Under the pieces are notes generated by a model. It searched no databases. It had not been told where the DNA came from and saw only the letters and a list, made by a program, of their open reading frames with translations. A stretch of DNA of 64,000 nucleotides, taken from positions 88,407 to 152,406 of the forward strand of contig JBEKEV010000004.1 in NCBI GenBank assembly GCA_050013655.1, read 5' to 3'. Origin of the DNA: Bacteroidota bacterium (GTDB taxonomy: Bacteria > Bacteroidota > Ignavibacteria > UBA10030). A program made the position numbers and the translations under genes. Below are positions 38,334-48,616 of the stretch, piece by piece. The first letter of the stretch is position 1, and every line of letters begins with the position of its first letter.

Positions 38334-39608
38334 TTGACATTGCAGGAAGGGCTGCACATTTTGAAATTCCGTACGATAAAAGGCACAAAAGATATTCTAC
38401 CCGATGAAATCGCCGGCTGGCAGCACGTTGAATCGGTTGTCCGCCGCGTGATGCACGACTTCAACTACCGGGAAATCCGCACTCCTGCATTCGAACAAAC
38501 AGGTTTGTTCGCTCGCAGCATCGGTGAACTCACGGATATTGTCAGTAAGGAAATGTACACCTTTCTCGACCGAAGCGAAGAAAGTCTCACTCTCCGCCCG
38601 GAAGGTACCGCGGCGACACTACGCGCGTATATTCAAAATAATCTTGGCGAGCAATCACCACTGACCAAAGTGTATTACATCGGGCCGATGTTTCGACAGG
38701 AACGCCCCCAAGCCGGACGATTGCGGCAATTTCATCAATTCGGTGCGGAAGCACTTGGCGCATCGTCGCCGCTGCTGGATGTCGAAACGATGGTCTTGCC
38801 GCTGGAAATCTACAAACAGCTTGGCATTGATCGCTTTGCGCTCAAGATCAATTCTGTAGGATGTGAGAAGTGTCGCCCGGCATACAAGCAGCTTCTGCAA
38901 ACAGAGCTGCGCAAAGTATTCTCCCAGCTTTCCCCGGACAGTCAGGCACGGGTCGAACAAAACCCGCTTCGTGTCCTCGACTCCAAAAATGAAAAAGACC
39001 GCGAGCTAACGAACAACATGCCGCTCATGAGCGAACATTTCTGTGAAAAATGCGCTTTACACTTTGCATCGGTTCGGTCGCTCCTCGAAGCACTTTCTAT
39101 TGCATATGAAGTGGATGGACGGCTCGTCCGCGGACTAGATTATTATACAAAGACTGCTTTTGAAATCACGAGCACTGCGCTTGGTTCGCAAGACGCTCTT
39201 GCAGGCGGTGGCAGATATGATTTGCTTATTGAAGAGCTTGGCGGTAAATCAACACCGGGAGTTGGATTCGCTGCAGGGATCGAACGACTCTTGATGGTGC
39301 TCTCCAAACTCGGGAAAAGTAAACAAACGCGAGCTACTCCGATTCTTTACTTCATTGGATTAGATGAGCCGGCTCGTATATGGGCATTTCTGAAAGCGAA
39401 TGAGTTGCGCCGGCAGGATATCTGCGCCGAGGTGGACTATCTTGGACGAAGTGTTAAATCCCAAATGAGAGAAGCGAATCGCCAACAGGCGCACTATGTA
39501 ATTGTAGTAGGTGAGCAAGAGTTGAAGACCAAAGCTGCCAAATTGAAAAATATGCGCACCGGTGAAGAAACTTCCATTTCACTCGATGACATCAAGATTC
39601 CCTCCTGA
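38334..39608 (+). CDS. hisS: Histidine--tRNA ligase
   Basis: Class II aaRS motifs (FRQERPQAGRLRQFHQ, GGGRYD) and an anticodon-binding domain. Confidence 0.9.
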   Translation: MTLQEGLHILKFRTIKGTKDILPDEIAGWQHVESVVRRVMHDFNYREIRTPAFEQTGLFARSIGELTDIVSKEMYTFLDRSEESLTLRPEGTAATLRAYIQNNLGEQSPLTKVYYIGPMFRQERPQAGRLRQFHQFGAEALGASSPLLDVETMVLPLEIYKQLGIDRFALKINSVGCEKCRPAYKQLLQTELRKVFSQLSPDSQARVEQNPLRVLDSKNEKDRELTNNMPLMSEHFCEKCALHFASVRSLLEALSIAYEVDGRLVRGLDYYTKTAFEITSTALGSQDALAGGGRYDLLIEELGGKSTPGVGFAAGIERLLMVLSKLGKSKQTRATPILYFIGLDEPARIWAFLKANELRRQDICAEVDYLGRSVKSQMREANRQQAHYVIVVGEQELKTKAAKLKNMRTGEETSISLDDIKIPS

Positions 39609-39610
39609 CT

Positions 39611-40012
39611 ATGACAAGCAAGAAAAAGCGAGATCCGGATTACACACTAAACATCTTCCATCATTATGATGAGAAAACCAAGCGAGACGTTGTAGTATTT
39701 CTCGTTCAGACGACAAAAATATTTGTCAGCTTCCGCTATGAGATTCTATTAGAAGATGAAATTGTCGGCAGAGAGATTCATCTCCGTGTCAAAGGACTTC
39801 ATGTTCCTGAATTGTTGATGCCGCAATCAGGTCCCGCACAAGGACGGCGTGACTATACGCACCTTGAGGGAACGTATCATCTCGTTGTGACAAAACAAGA
39901 TAAGACTGTGAATGAATTCTCCGTACACATTACACCGGAATCTGTCGATATCAAGCAAAAACCAAAAACCCCGTTTATCATAATTTCGAATGATCCTTTG
40001 AATCTTGCTTAA
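39611..40012 (+). CDS. Hypothetical protein (133 aa)
   Basis: ORF with good coding character, a 3-nt gap after hisS, and no recognisable motif. Confidence 0.4.
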   Translation: MTSKKKRDPDYTLNIFHHYDEKTKRDVVVFLVQTTKIFVSFRYEILLEDEIVGREIHLRVKGLHVPELLMPQSGPAQGRRDYTHLEGTYHLVVTKQDKTVNEFSVHITPESVDIKQKPKTPFIIISNDPLNLA

Positions 40013-40048
40013 TTTGAAGATTGTGTGATTAATTTTAATTGATCTTTT

Positions 40049-40873
40049 ATGTGTCCACGACTTTTCCAAATTGGTCCTTTTACTGTTTATGGTTATGGAT
40101 TGATGCTTGCACTCGGATTCATCGGCGGAAGCTATCTGTTTGTCAGGGAATTCAAACGCCGCAAACTTGATCCAAACATCGCTAACAATATCACACTCAT
40201 TGCCTTAGTTGCTGGAGTTGCAGGCTCGAAGATATTATATTTGATCGAAAATTGGTCTTCGTTTATCCTTGACCCTATCGGCATGACATTCAATCCCGGC
40301 GGTTTGACGTACTACGGTGGATTTATCCTTGCAACTTTATCCATTTATATGTATGGAAATAAAAAAGGAATAAAATTTTTTACTATCGCCGATGCCATAG
40401 CACCCGGTCTGATTCTCGGTTACGGAATCGCTCGCATTGGATGTCACCTTGCCGGCGACGGCGATTACGGTTTCCCGACGACTCTTCCGTGGGGAACAAA
40501 TTATTCCAACGGAACTTACCCTCCTTCAGTTGCATTTCAAAATTTTCCTGAAATTACCGGCCAATTCCCTGGAGGGATCGTTCCAAATAATATTCCTTGT
40601 CACCCAACACCAGTGTACGAATTCATCCTCTGTGCATTGATCTGTTGGTTTCTCTGGAGCATCAGGAAGAAAACAACACCGACCGGCAAGCTCTTTATGA
40701 TTTATTTGATGTTGGCAGGCATTGAACGGTTTATCATAGAGTTTCTTCGTCCTAATCCAAGAATTATTTTCGGTTTAAGCGAAGCACAACTTATCTCAGT
40801 GGTACTCATCGCGCTGGGACTTTTTGGCTGGCGAAGGTTCACCACGTCGGCCCAAACATCAAAAGTAAAGTAA
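40049..40873 (+). CDS. lgt: Prolipoprotein diacylglyceryl transferase
   Basis: Lgt signature region (GYGLMLALGF, GARIGCHLAGDGDYG-like) and seven TM segments. Confidence 0.85.
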   Translation: MCPRLFQIGPFTVYGYGLMLALGFIGGSYLFVREFKRRKLDPNIANNITLIALVAGVAGSKILYLIENWSSFILDPIGMTFNPGGLTYYGGFILATLSIYMYGNKKGIKFFTIADAIAPGLILGYGIARIGCHLAGDGDYGFPTTLPWGTNYSNGTYPPSVAFQNFPEITGQFPGGIVPNNIPCHPTPVYEFILCALICWFLWSIRKKTTPTGKLFMIYLMLAGIERFIIEFLRPNPRIIFGLSEAQLISVVLIALGLFGWRRFTTSAQTSKVK

Positions 40874-40874
40874 A

Positions 40875-41618
40875 ATGGACAACCTTATAGTTGGCAGGCA
40901 GCCTGTTTTAGAAGCGCTCAAATCGCGTCAACCTATTGAGAGAATTTTGATTTTGCATGGTACATCCGGCAGCCATATTGATCAAGCAAAACAGCTTGCA
41001 CGGAAGCTTGCTATTCCTGTAAAAGAAACAGACAAAGAGCGTTTTGCTGAACTCGCCGACGACACTCAGGCGCAAGGTATCATTGCAATAATCGATTCCT
41101 ACCGATATGTCGAGATAGAGGAAATTTTTGCCATCGCTCAGAAAAAGAATGAATCGCCATTTATTCTTGTTCTCGACGAAATTGAAGACCCGCACAATCT
41201 CGGCGCACTGATTCGTTCTGCAGAATGTGCCGGTGTCCACGGGGTTATTATTCCGCTGCACAATGCCGCATCAGTAAATTCTACAGTTGTAAAAACATCG
41301 GCTGGCGCCACGGCACATCTTCCCATTGCGCGTGTCACCAACATCGCACAAACACTTGATGAGTTGAAGAAAGCCGGAGTTTGGATTGTAGGAACAGAAA
41401 TGAAAAATGACAAGCTCTATTATGATCACGACTACCGCGGCTCACTTGCCATCGTCATCGGGAATGAAGGAAAAGGCATACGCCGATTGGTTAAAGAAAA
41501 ATGCGACTTCTTGGTGAACATACCGATGCACGGAAAGATTGAATCGCTGAATGCGTCTGTGGCGGGTGCATTAGTGATGTTCGAAGCGGCAAAGGGAAGA
41601 TTACAGAACTCAAAGTAA
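40875..41618 (+). CDS. rlmB: 23S rRNA (guanosine-2'-O)-methyltransferase RlmB (SpoU/TrmH family)
   Basis: N-terminal L30e-like domain and SpoU motifs (LVLDEIEDPHNLGALIRSAE, IVIGNEGKGI, SLNASVAGAL). Confidence 0.8.
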   Translation: MDNLIVGRQPVLEALKSRQPIERILILHGTSGSHIDQAKQLARKLAIPVKETDKERFAELADDTQAQGIIAIIDSYRYVEIEEIFAIAQKKNESPFILVLDEIEDPHNLGALIRSAECAGVHGVIIPLHNAASVNSTVVKTSAGATAHLPIARVTNIAQTLDELKKAGVWIVGTEMKNDKLYYDHDYRGSLAIVIGNEGKGIRRLVKEKCDFLVNIPMHGKIESLNASVAGALVMFEAAKGRLQNSK

Positions 41619-41898
41619 GTATGATCCAACAGTAACACAAAAGCCTGTCATTGCAAGTCCTGCGTTTTGTGTAGAACGCTGCAATCCGAACATTCAAACA
41701 CTTCTCCAAGAACCTCGCTTAGCAGATTGCCGCGTTATTCATTCAACTTCGAGTGATTCAATCCTCGAAATGACTTTTCCTTATTTATGACCTTCGGAAA
41801 AGAAAAACGTGTTTTCCTCGTAGGGACGTTTAATTAAACCTCCCTATAAAAGCCCTCCTTGATTTTCTCACCCCGACCAATAACAAAATGGCCATTTT

Positions 41899-43272
41899 TC
41901 ATTCACCCCCTTCTTCTTCCTCATCCTTCATCAATCCATACCGTTTCATTTTAGTATAGAGATGGCTACGCTGGATTTCCATTGCCTCGGCGGCTTTGGT
42001 GATGTTCCAGTTGTGTATTTCCAACTGTTTTTTTATAAATGCCGCTTCTGCTCGTTCTTTGAAATCCTGAAACGTCCCGGTGATCTCAAGCGACCCTGTC
42101 ACTACTTTACCGGGTGTTTCTCCAAATGCATCGAGCACGGAAATATCAATCGCTGTTCCAGGCGAAAGGATGACGAGTCGTTCGACAGCATTACGAAGTT
42201 CACGTACATTGCCGGGCCAATCTTTCTGCATAAGAACATTGAGTGCTTCGCTGGATATCGATTTCTTTGCAATGCCATTTCTCGTGCAGACATCATCGAT
42301 AAATGAATGTACAAGAATTGAAATGTCATCACGGTGTTCGCGTAACGCGGGAGCATGAATCGGAATAACATTCAGCCGATGGAAAAGATCCTTCCGGAAA
42401 TGTTCTTTAGCGATTTCTTCGTCTAATTTCTTGTTGGTCGCAGCCAGAACGCGAACATCGACAGCAATAAGTTTGTTGCTGCCGACACGCTCCACTTTCC
42501 CTTCTTCCAAAGCCCGCAGCACTTTTGCTTGTGCCTGCAGGCTCATATCACCAATCTCATCCAAAAAAATTGTTCCACCGTCCGCTTGTTCAAATTTTCC
42601 AATGCGCTGTACCGTTGCACCAGTAAAAGAACCTTTTTCATGACCAAATAATTCGGATTCAATCAGCTCTGAAGGGATTGCTGCACAGTTCACTTCTACA
42701 AACGGTTTCGCCGCCCGTTTGCTTCCGCGGTGAATGGCCCGAGCAATCAGCTCCTTCCCAGTTCCATTCTCACCGGTTATGAGCACACGCGCATCGGTAG
42801 GTGCCACCCGATGAATGACTGCAAGGATTTCTTTGATCTTCTCGCTTTCACCGAGGATGCATCGTTTTCCTTCCACATGCTCCTGCAGTTTTTCGTACTC
42901 TTCAGCAAGTTTTGCATGCTGCAATACATTGCGGATGGTCACAAGAAGTTTGTCTCGGTCAAGCGGCTTGGAGAGAAAATCAAACGCACCAAGTTTGGTT
43001 GCCTCCACTGCTGTCTCAACGGTGCCGTGACCGGAGATCATCACAACCGGAAGCTTTTCATTCTTCTGTCGAATCTTCGTCAGCACTTCGATGCCATCCA
43101 TGCCGGACATTTTCACATCTAACAAAACGACATCCACAGGGAAGCGGTCAAGTTTTTGTATTCCTTGTTCACCATTCTCGGCAAATTCAACTTCATAATG
43201 TTCGTACTCGAGAATCATTTTGAGCGAATCGCGTACAGATTTGTCGTCATCGATAATAAGAATAGTTTTCAT
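41899..43272 (-). CDS. Sigma-54-dependent response regulator (REC, AAA+, Fis-HTH; NtrC family)
   Basis: Receiver domain, GENGTGKE Walker A, GSFTGA, and a C-terminal HTH. Confidence 0.9.
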   Translation of the reverse strand: MKTILIIDDDKSVRDSLKMILEYEHYEVEFAENGEQGIQKLDRFPVDVVLLDVKMSGMDGIEVLTKIRQKNEKLPVVMISGHGTVETAVEATKLGAFDFLSKPLDRDKLLVTIRNVLQHAKLAEEYEKLQEHVEGKRCILGESEKIKEILAVIHRVAPTDARVLITGENGTGKELIARAIHRGSKRAAKPFVEVNCAAIPSELIESELFGHEKGSFTGATVQRIGKFEQADGGTIFLDEIGDMSLQAQAKVLRALEEGKVERVGSNKLIAVDVRVLAATNKKLDEEIAKEHFRKDLFHRLNVIPIHAPALREHRDDISILVHSFIDDVCTRNGIAKKSISSEALNVLMQKDWPGNVRELRNAVERLVILSPGTAIDISVLDAFGETPGKVVTGSLEITGTFQDFKERAEAAFIKKQLEIHNWNITKAAEAMEIQRSHLYTKMKRYGLMKDEEEEGGE

Positions 43273-43320
43273 AGAGGCTTTCTGTTGTCAGGTATTACCA
43301 TTCAACACTATGAGTCGTAT

Positions 43321-44073
43321 CTATTTACGGTCTTCATATTGAAAAGTCAAGTAGTCGGAAGGCAAGAGGGTCGTCACGACCAACAAATCTCGTCCGAAGC
43401 TTTCCCCTTGTTTGTTGGCATGCTTATCGCGTGGATCATCGGTGCCACCAACAATGAATATTGGTTCTCCCCATTCAATAAAGTCGCCTACTGCTTTTGC
43501 AAATTGCGGTGCTTCGGATGTATAGGAAAGATAGGCGGATCCAAAAAAATGCTGAAGTTTATCTCGATCCCCTCCATGAGTAGTCGGTGAATCCGAGTAA
43601 ACATGAGTGGGAAGATGTTTCATACGAGCAAAAAAGACACTATCCTTTTCGAACGTAAGAGGCACTTTCAGCGGATTGACAATTGGCATTATAAAATCGA
43701 CCGTACGATGTTCTAATACCGCCAAAAAGGAAAGAAACAACGCGCGGGCAATGTTGTAGTCTGCTATCTTGAGCGACTTCAGATATATGGCATCGATAGT
43801 ACGCATATCGCCGCATTGATTCCGCAAAACCTGAAACCGCTCATCGAGTATATATTGTCGAATATGCTTGGTGTCAATGATTATCTGAGGCGTGAAAATT
43901 TCTGAAAGAAATATGCCAATTGAAAAATCTTCGCTGTTCCCTTCATCGAAGTCCCACGAAAGTCCATCCGGACTTTTTTCATCATTGCATTGAGCATGTG
44001 CCTCGAATAAAAACATTATAAGAAGAAAAAGTGTAAGCACGAGTGCGAGCTTGAGAGGGGATATAAGTTTCAT
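43321..44073 (-). CDS. Secreted hypothetical protein (250 aa)
   Basis: Signal peptide and no recognised domain. It sits between meaB and the sigma-54 regulator. Confidence 0.4.
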   Translation of the reverse strand: MKLISPLKLALVLTLFLLIMFLFEAHAQCNDEKSPDGLSWDFDEGNSEDFSIGIFLSEIFTPQIIIDTKHIRQYILDERFQVLRNQCGDMRTIDAIYLKSLKIADYNIARALFLSFLAVLEHRTVDFIMPIVNPLKVPLTFEKDSVFFARMKHLPTHVYSDSPTTHGGDRDKLQHFFGSAYLSYTSEAPQFAKAVGDFIEWGEPIFIVGGTDDPRDKHANKQGESFGRDLLVVTTLLPSDYLTFQYEDRK

Positions 44074-44094
44074 GGGGGCCCACTCATTTTATCG

Positions 44095-45042
44095 TTATTT
44101 GAAATGAAGAATGAGTTCTTGGGCTACATCGTACGGTGTAAGAGATCGGGAAAATACTTGTTCAATGTGCTCTGTTAAATAAGCGGCACGCTCGGAAGTC
44201 CAAAAATCAAAATGCCACTGCTCATTGATAATTTCATGAATACGCTGCTCTAGTTGTATTTTACGCCGTTTGACAAGTGTATTGGAAGTTTGGAGAAAAC
44301 TGCGATGTTGATCTATCATCGTAACAACTTCAGCAACACCTTTACCCTCATGGGCCTGTGTCTTTACAATACGTACTAGCCAATCTTGTCGGCTGTGCGG
44401 ACGGAGCCCAAGAATAAACTCAATGGAAGTCATCGTCTGGTCAGCGCCTGGACGATCCGCTTTGTTCATCACAAATAGATCGGCAATTTCCATCAATCCT
44501 GCTTTCATCGCCTGAATACCATCGCCGGATTCAGGGACCAGAACTACAACGGTCGTGTCAACGGCGTGCGCAATATCAAGTTCCGATTGACCCACGCCGA
44601 CAGTTTCCATCAGAATAATATTATATCCCGCGGCATCGAGAATATCTGCTGCCTCTTTTGCTTTCTTGCTCAATCCGCCGAGGCTTCCGCGAGATGCCAT
44701 ACTGCGGATGAACACACCTTCATCCAATTCAACATCAGACATACGCACACGATCGCCTAAGAGTGCTCCGCCTGTAAACGGACTTGTCGGATCAACGGCG
44801 ATGACGCCTACTTTACAGTTCTGTGTTCGATAGTATTTCGCGAGTTCATTTGTCAGCGTGCTTTTACCTGCGCCAGGCGGACCGGTAATCCCTATCCGAT
44901 ACGCATTACCAGTTCGGGGAAACAGAGCGCGTAGAACATCGGTACACTCTTTTGCCTCATTCTCAACAAGCGAGATTGCTTGTGCAACGGTACGTGGATC
45001 ATTGTGTATGATCCGATCAACCATATTATCGGTTGAAATCAC
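44095..45042 (-). CDS. meaB: Methylmalonyl-CoA mutase-associated G-protein chaperone MeaB/ArgK
   Basis: GITGPPGAGKSTL P-loop, and the NKAD and SA motifs of the G3E family. Confidence 0.85.
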   Translation of the reverse strand: MISTDNMVDRIIHNDPRTVAQAISLVENEAKECTDVLRALFPRTGNAYRIGITGPPGAGKSTLTNELAKYYRTQNCKVGVIAVDPTSPFTGGALLGDRVRMSDVELDEGVFIRSMASRGSLGGLSKKAKEAADILDAAGYNIILMETVGVGQSELDIAHAVDTTVVVLVPESGDGIQAMKAGLMEIADLFVMNKADRPGADQTMTSIEFILGLRPHSRQDWLVRIVKTQAHEGKGVAEVVTMIDQHRSFLQTSNTLVKRRKIQLEQRIHEIINEQWHFDFWTSERAAYLTEHIEQVFSRSLTPYDVAQELILHFK

Positions 45043-45971
45043 TTCTGTTGGGAAATCTTCTTCTTAAAATATTCTGCCGTCAGCCGCAAACCTTCATCTA
45101 ACTGGACAGTAGGACGCCAGCCAAGTTCTTGCTCAATTCTTTTAAAGCTGATGACACTACGCTGTTGCTCTCCAGCTTTCGCCGGAGCATGTTGTTCAGG
45201 GCAGGATGGATTGAGATGACTTCGTAGTTCGTAAAACAGTTTGTTCACATCGCTTTCTATGCTCGTGCCAACATTATAGATAGCAGACCCGTCGTGCTTC
45301 AATGCTAACAGATTAGCTTTCACAACATCACCAACGAAAGTGTAGTCGCGCGTCTGCTTTCCATCGCCATTGATCAAGGGTCTTTCACCCTTCAACATCG
45401 TATTGCAGAAAATGGCAACAACACCGGCTTCGCCGTGAGGGTTCTGGCGCGGACCATACACATTAGCATAACGAAGAATGATATGATTGATACCGTAGAC
45501 AGCTTTGTAGAAAAATAAGTATTTTTCTGTACAGAGCTTCGTAATGCCGTAAGGAGAAAGTGGACGCATCGGATGTTCTTCATCGGCAGGGAAATAATCC
45601 TGCTCACCGTAAATTGCGCCGCCGGTGGAAGAGAAGATAATTTTCTTAATTCGGTGCTTGCGTGCAGATTCGAAAAGATTGAGTCCACCAAGGACATTGA
45701 CAGAAGCATCGAACTTCGGATCAGCAACCGACCGTCGTACATCCATTTGTGCGGCATGGTGATTCACGATATCAATCTTTTCTTTCTGAAACACGTCTTC
45801 CAATTTTTCACTTCGGATATCAAGTTGATAGAAAACAGCCTTCGGGTTGATATTTTCCAGAATCCCTCCAGACAAATTATCTACAATAACAACATGGTGT
45901 CCTTCGGCGACGTACGCATCCGCGATGTGCGATGCAATAAATCCTGCTCCACCTGTGATAAGAATATTCAA
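45039..45971 (-). CDS. NAD-dependent epimerase/dehydratase (UDP-sugar 4-epimerase-like)
   Basis: MNILITGGAGFIASHI Rossmann motif, a YxxxK catalytic dyad, and a 4-nt overlap with meaB. Confidence 0.8.
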   Translation of the reverse strand: MNILITGGAGFIASHIADAYVAEGHHVVIVDNLSGGILENINPKAVFYQLDIRSEKLEDVFQKEKIDIVNHHAAQMDVRRSVADPKFDASVNVLGGLNLFESARKHRIKKIIFSSTGGAIYGEQDYFPADEEHPMRPLSPYGITKLCTEKYLFFYKAVYGINHIILRYANVYGPRQNPHGEAGVVAIFCNTMLKGERPLINGDGKQTRDYTFVGDVVKANLLALKHDGSAIYNVGTSIESDVNKLFYELRSHLNPSCPEQHAPAKAGEQQRSVISFKRIEQELGWRPTVQLDEGLRLTAEYFKKKISQQK

Positions 45972-45980
45972 AACGATTCC

Positions 45981-47294
45981 TTATTGCTTATTATTTTGTT
46001 TCGTTGTATGTAAATACTTGAGTGCTTTCTTGCCGATGTCGCTGCGATAATAAGTGCCATCAAACGTAATTTTTTCTACGGCACGATATGCGTTTCGAAT
46101 CGTTTGGTCCAGTTCGTTATTATAACCAATCGCTGTCACACCAAGAACACGTCCGCCGGAAGTTACGATTTTACCGCCGTCTTTCCGAGTACCTGCATGA
46201 AACACAACAACGCCATCTTCCATCTTGATGTTTTCGAGTCCTAAAATTTGTTTGCCGGACTGATATTCGTCCGGATATCCTTGCGAAGCCATCACGACAC
46301 ACACAGCGGTTGCTTGATGCATTTTCACTTTCGACGGGTCGAGCCGGCGTTCCGCGATAGAGAGAAATATCTCCGCTAAATCTCCATCAATGAGGGGAAC
46401 AACAACTTGCGTTTCCGGATCGCCGAAACGGCAATTATATTCGAGCACTTGAGGCCCATCGGCTGTCATCATTAATCCAATATAGAGACAACCGCGATAG
46501 GGAGATCCTTCACTCTTCATACCGCCAAGTGTTGGCCGAACAACTTCGCGTATGACGCGCTGGAGAATTTCTTCGGTCACGATCGGTGCCGGAGCATATG
46601 CTCCCATGCCGCCGGTATTCTTTCCAAGATCGCCATCGAGAATGCGTTTGTGATCTTGCGCAGATGAAAGTGGGACAAAATGCTCGCCATCGGTAAGGAT
46701 AAAAATAGACGCTTCTTCACCAACGAGAAATTCCTCTACGACAATCCGATCACCCGCGTCACCAAAAGCCCGATGCAAAACGATATCATCCAGCGCAACG
46801 AGTGCTTCCTGCCGATCTTTACAGATAATGACTCCCTTGCCAGCTGCAAGACCGTCAGCCTTCACTACCATCGGCGGATCAAGTGTGTTGATATATTTTT
46901 TCGCTGCTTCATATTCAGCCGCTGCAAAGTTACGGTATTGGGCGGTTGGAATGTGATGTCGCGTCATAAAATCCTTGGAGAAAACTTTACTCCCTTCCAA
47001 TTGGGCGGCGGATTTGCTTGGACCGAAAACTTTGAATCCATTTTCTTCAAAAGTATCTACGAGTCCTTCTACAAGGGGCTGCTCAGAACCAACAACCGTC
47101 AGATCTATTCTTTTTTCTTTCGCAAATTTTAACAACCCTTTGACATCCGTCGGTGGTAATTGCACAAGTGTGGCAAGTTGTTCGATGCCGGCATTACCGG
47201 GGGCACAAAAAATGCTTCTTACTTGAGGACTCTGACGAAGCTTCCACACGAGCGCATGCTCTCTTCCTCCTGAACCGATAACAAGAAGATTCAT
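45981..47294 (-). CDS. purD: Phosphoribosylamine--glycine ligase
   Basis: MNLLVIGSGGREHALVWKL and the ATP-grasp domains. Confidence 0.9.
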   Translation of the reverse strand: MNLLVIGSGGREHALVWKLRQSPQVRSIFCAPGNAGIEQLATLVQLPPTDVKGLLKFAKEKRIDLTVVGSEQPLVEGLVDTFEENGFKVFGPSKSAAQLEGSKVFSKDFMTRHHIPTAQYRNFAAAEYEAAKKYINTLDPPMVVKADGLAAGKGVIICKDRQEALVALDDIVLHRAFGDAGDRIVVEEFLVGEEASIFILTDGEHFVPLSSAQDHKRILDGDLGKNTGGMGAYAPAPIVTEEILQRVIREVVRPTLGGMKSEGSPYRGCLYIGLMMTADGPQVLEYNCRFGDPETQVVVPLIDGDLAEIFLSIAERRLDPSKVKMHQATAVCVVMASQGYPDEYQSGKQILGLENIKMEDGVVVFHAGTRKDGGKIVTSGGRVLGVTAIGYNNELDQTIRNAYRAVEKITFDGTYYRSDIGKKALKYLHTTKQNNKQ

Positions 47295-48613
47295 GCAGAT
47301 TGTTCCTTCACGGTGATAATACCGGCACGATCATAATCCATCAATGATTCGAACAGTTTTGCCAATTCGCCGGTCAGCACAAGTCGATTGAATTTTGAAG
47401 AAAAGGCACTCGGCATTCGTTCCAACTTTTTATGTTCGAATCGATTGAACTGCTCAAGAATGGCTTGTTCATGCGCTGCAACATCTTTCAGTGGAACACA
47501 CATCGCTGCACCGCATTCATGAATAAGCTGCTTGGTGTATCCCTCAACCAAAGACGCAATCATGGGTTTACGTGTACCAAAATATTCATACAGTTTTCCA
47601 GGCGTTTGATAGTCATTATCGATAACAAACCAGAGGAGGTCAGACTCGGAAAGGTACTTAACACAATCGCGATGCGGAAGATAGCCGAGAAAATTCACCG
47701 CATCCTGCAAATCCAAACGCTTCACAAGTCGTTTATCTTCTTCACGTGCATTGCCGATCAGATTTATCTCAATACGTCCCCGAATTCTTGGATTCGCCCG
47801 CAAAACGTTAGCAAGCGCCCGTAAAAAAACTTCAGGACTCCTCTCGGCATAAAATGTACCTGCGTGTGCAATCTTCATTCGCACCGGTCGAATCCGCTTC
47901 TCGCTGACCGTCGATGGAAAATCTTCTGGATCAAATCCTTGCGATATGATGGTCACTTCGTTGTACCTCACAAATGGATACCGCCGAAGAATGCTCTCCT
48001 TTACTCGCCGATGCGTTACGATCACACGGTCGGCTGCTTTCAACACTCGCTTTTCCAAATGCTTGTGCCAAAACCGGTGTAATGGCGTGGGGAAGTATTT
48101 AAACGGATACTCCAGCCATGCATCCCGATATTCCACAACAAGCGGAATTTCAAACTTCCGTTTCAATGCAACACCTATCAAAAAATCTGTCTGCGGCGGT
48201 GCAGTTGCAAAAATCAAATCGAACTGCTCCTGCTCAAGCAAACCAGAAGCTACTTTTACAGCAGTAATTTTCCAACCTATTTTAGTATCAGGAATGAAGA
48301 ACAAATCACCGAGGAATTGTAATATCTTCCGCATTCGTTCGGATGGCATTTTAACGATTCCTCGCTTCTTGAACAAGTGATTGGCATCGTATGAATGTGT
48401 ACGGATAATCTTCACACCGGCTTCTTCTGCTTCCTTCAGCAACGTATCATCAAATGCGTAATATCCTGTCGGTTCAACTGTGAGCACGGATGGCTTCCAA
48501 CCGTATTGAGGCAGAAACTTCGCGAACTTCACCGTTCGCTGCACACCACTTAATCCCATCGGAGGAAAATAATAAGCAATAAGCAGGACTTTTCTAAATC
48601 CGTCGTTCATCAT
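47291..48613 (-). CDS. Glycosyltransferase family 4 (GT-B)
   Basis: N-terminal Gly-rich donor-binding region and the C-terminal EX7E-like motif of GT4; 4-nt overlap with purD. Confidence 0.7.
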   Translation of the reverse strand: MMNDGFRKVLLIAYYFPPMGLSGVQRTVKFAKFLPQYGWKPSVLTVEPTGYYAFDDTLLKEAEEAGVKIIRTHSYDANHLFKKRGIVKMPSERMRKILQFLGDLFFIPDTKIGWKITAVKVASGLLEQEQFDLIFATAPPQTDFLIGVALKRKFEIPLVVEYRDAWLEYPFKYFPTPLHRFWHKHLEKRVLKAADRVIVTHRRVKESILRRYPFVRYNEVTIISQGFDPEDFPSTVSEKRIRPVRMKIAHAGTFYAERSPEVFLRALANVLRANPRIRGRIEINLIGNAREEDKRLVKRLDLQDAVNFLGYLPHRDCVKYLSESDLLWFVIDNDYQTPGKLYEYFGTRKPMIASLVEGYTKQLIHECGAAMCVPLKDVAAHEQAILEQFNRFEHKKLERMPSAFSSKFNRLVLTGELAKLFESLMDYDRAGIITVKEQSA

Positions 48614-48616
48614 AGT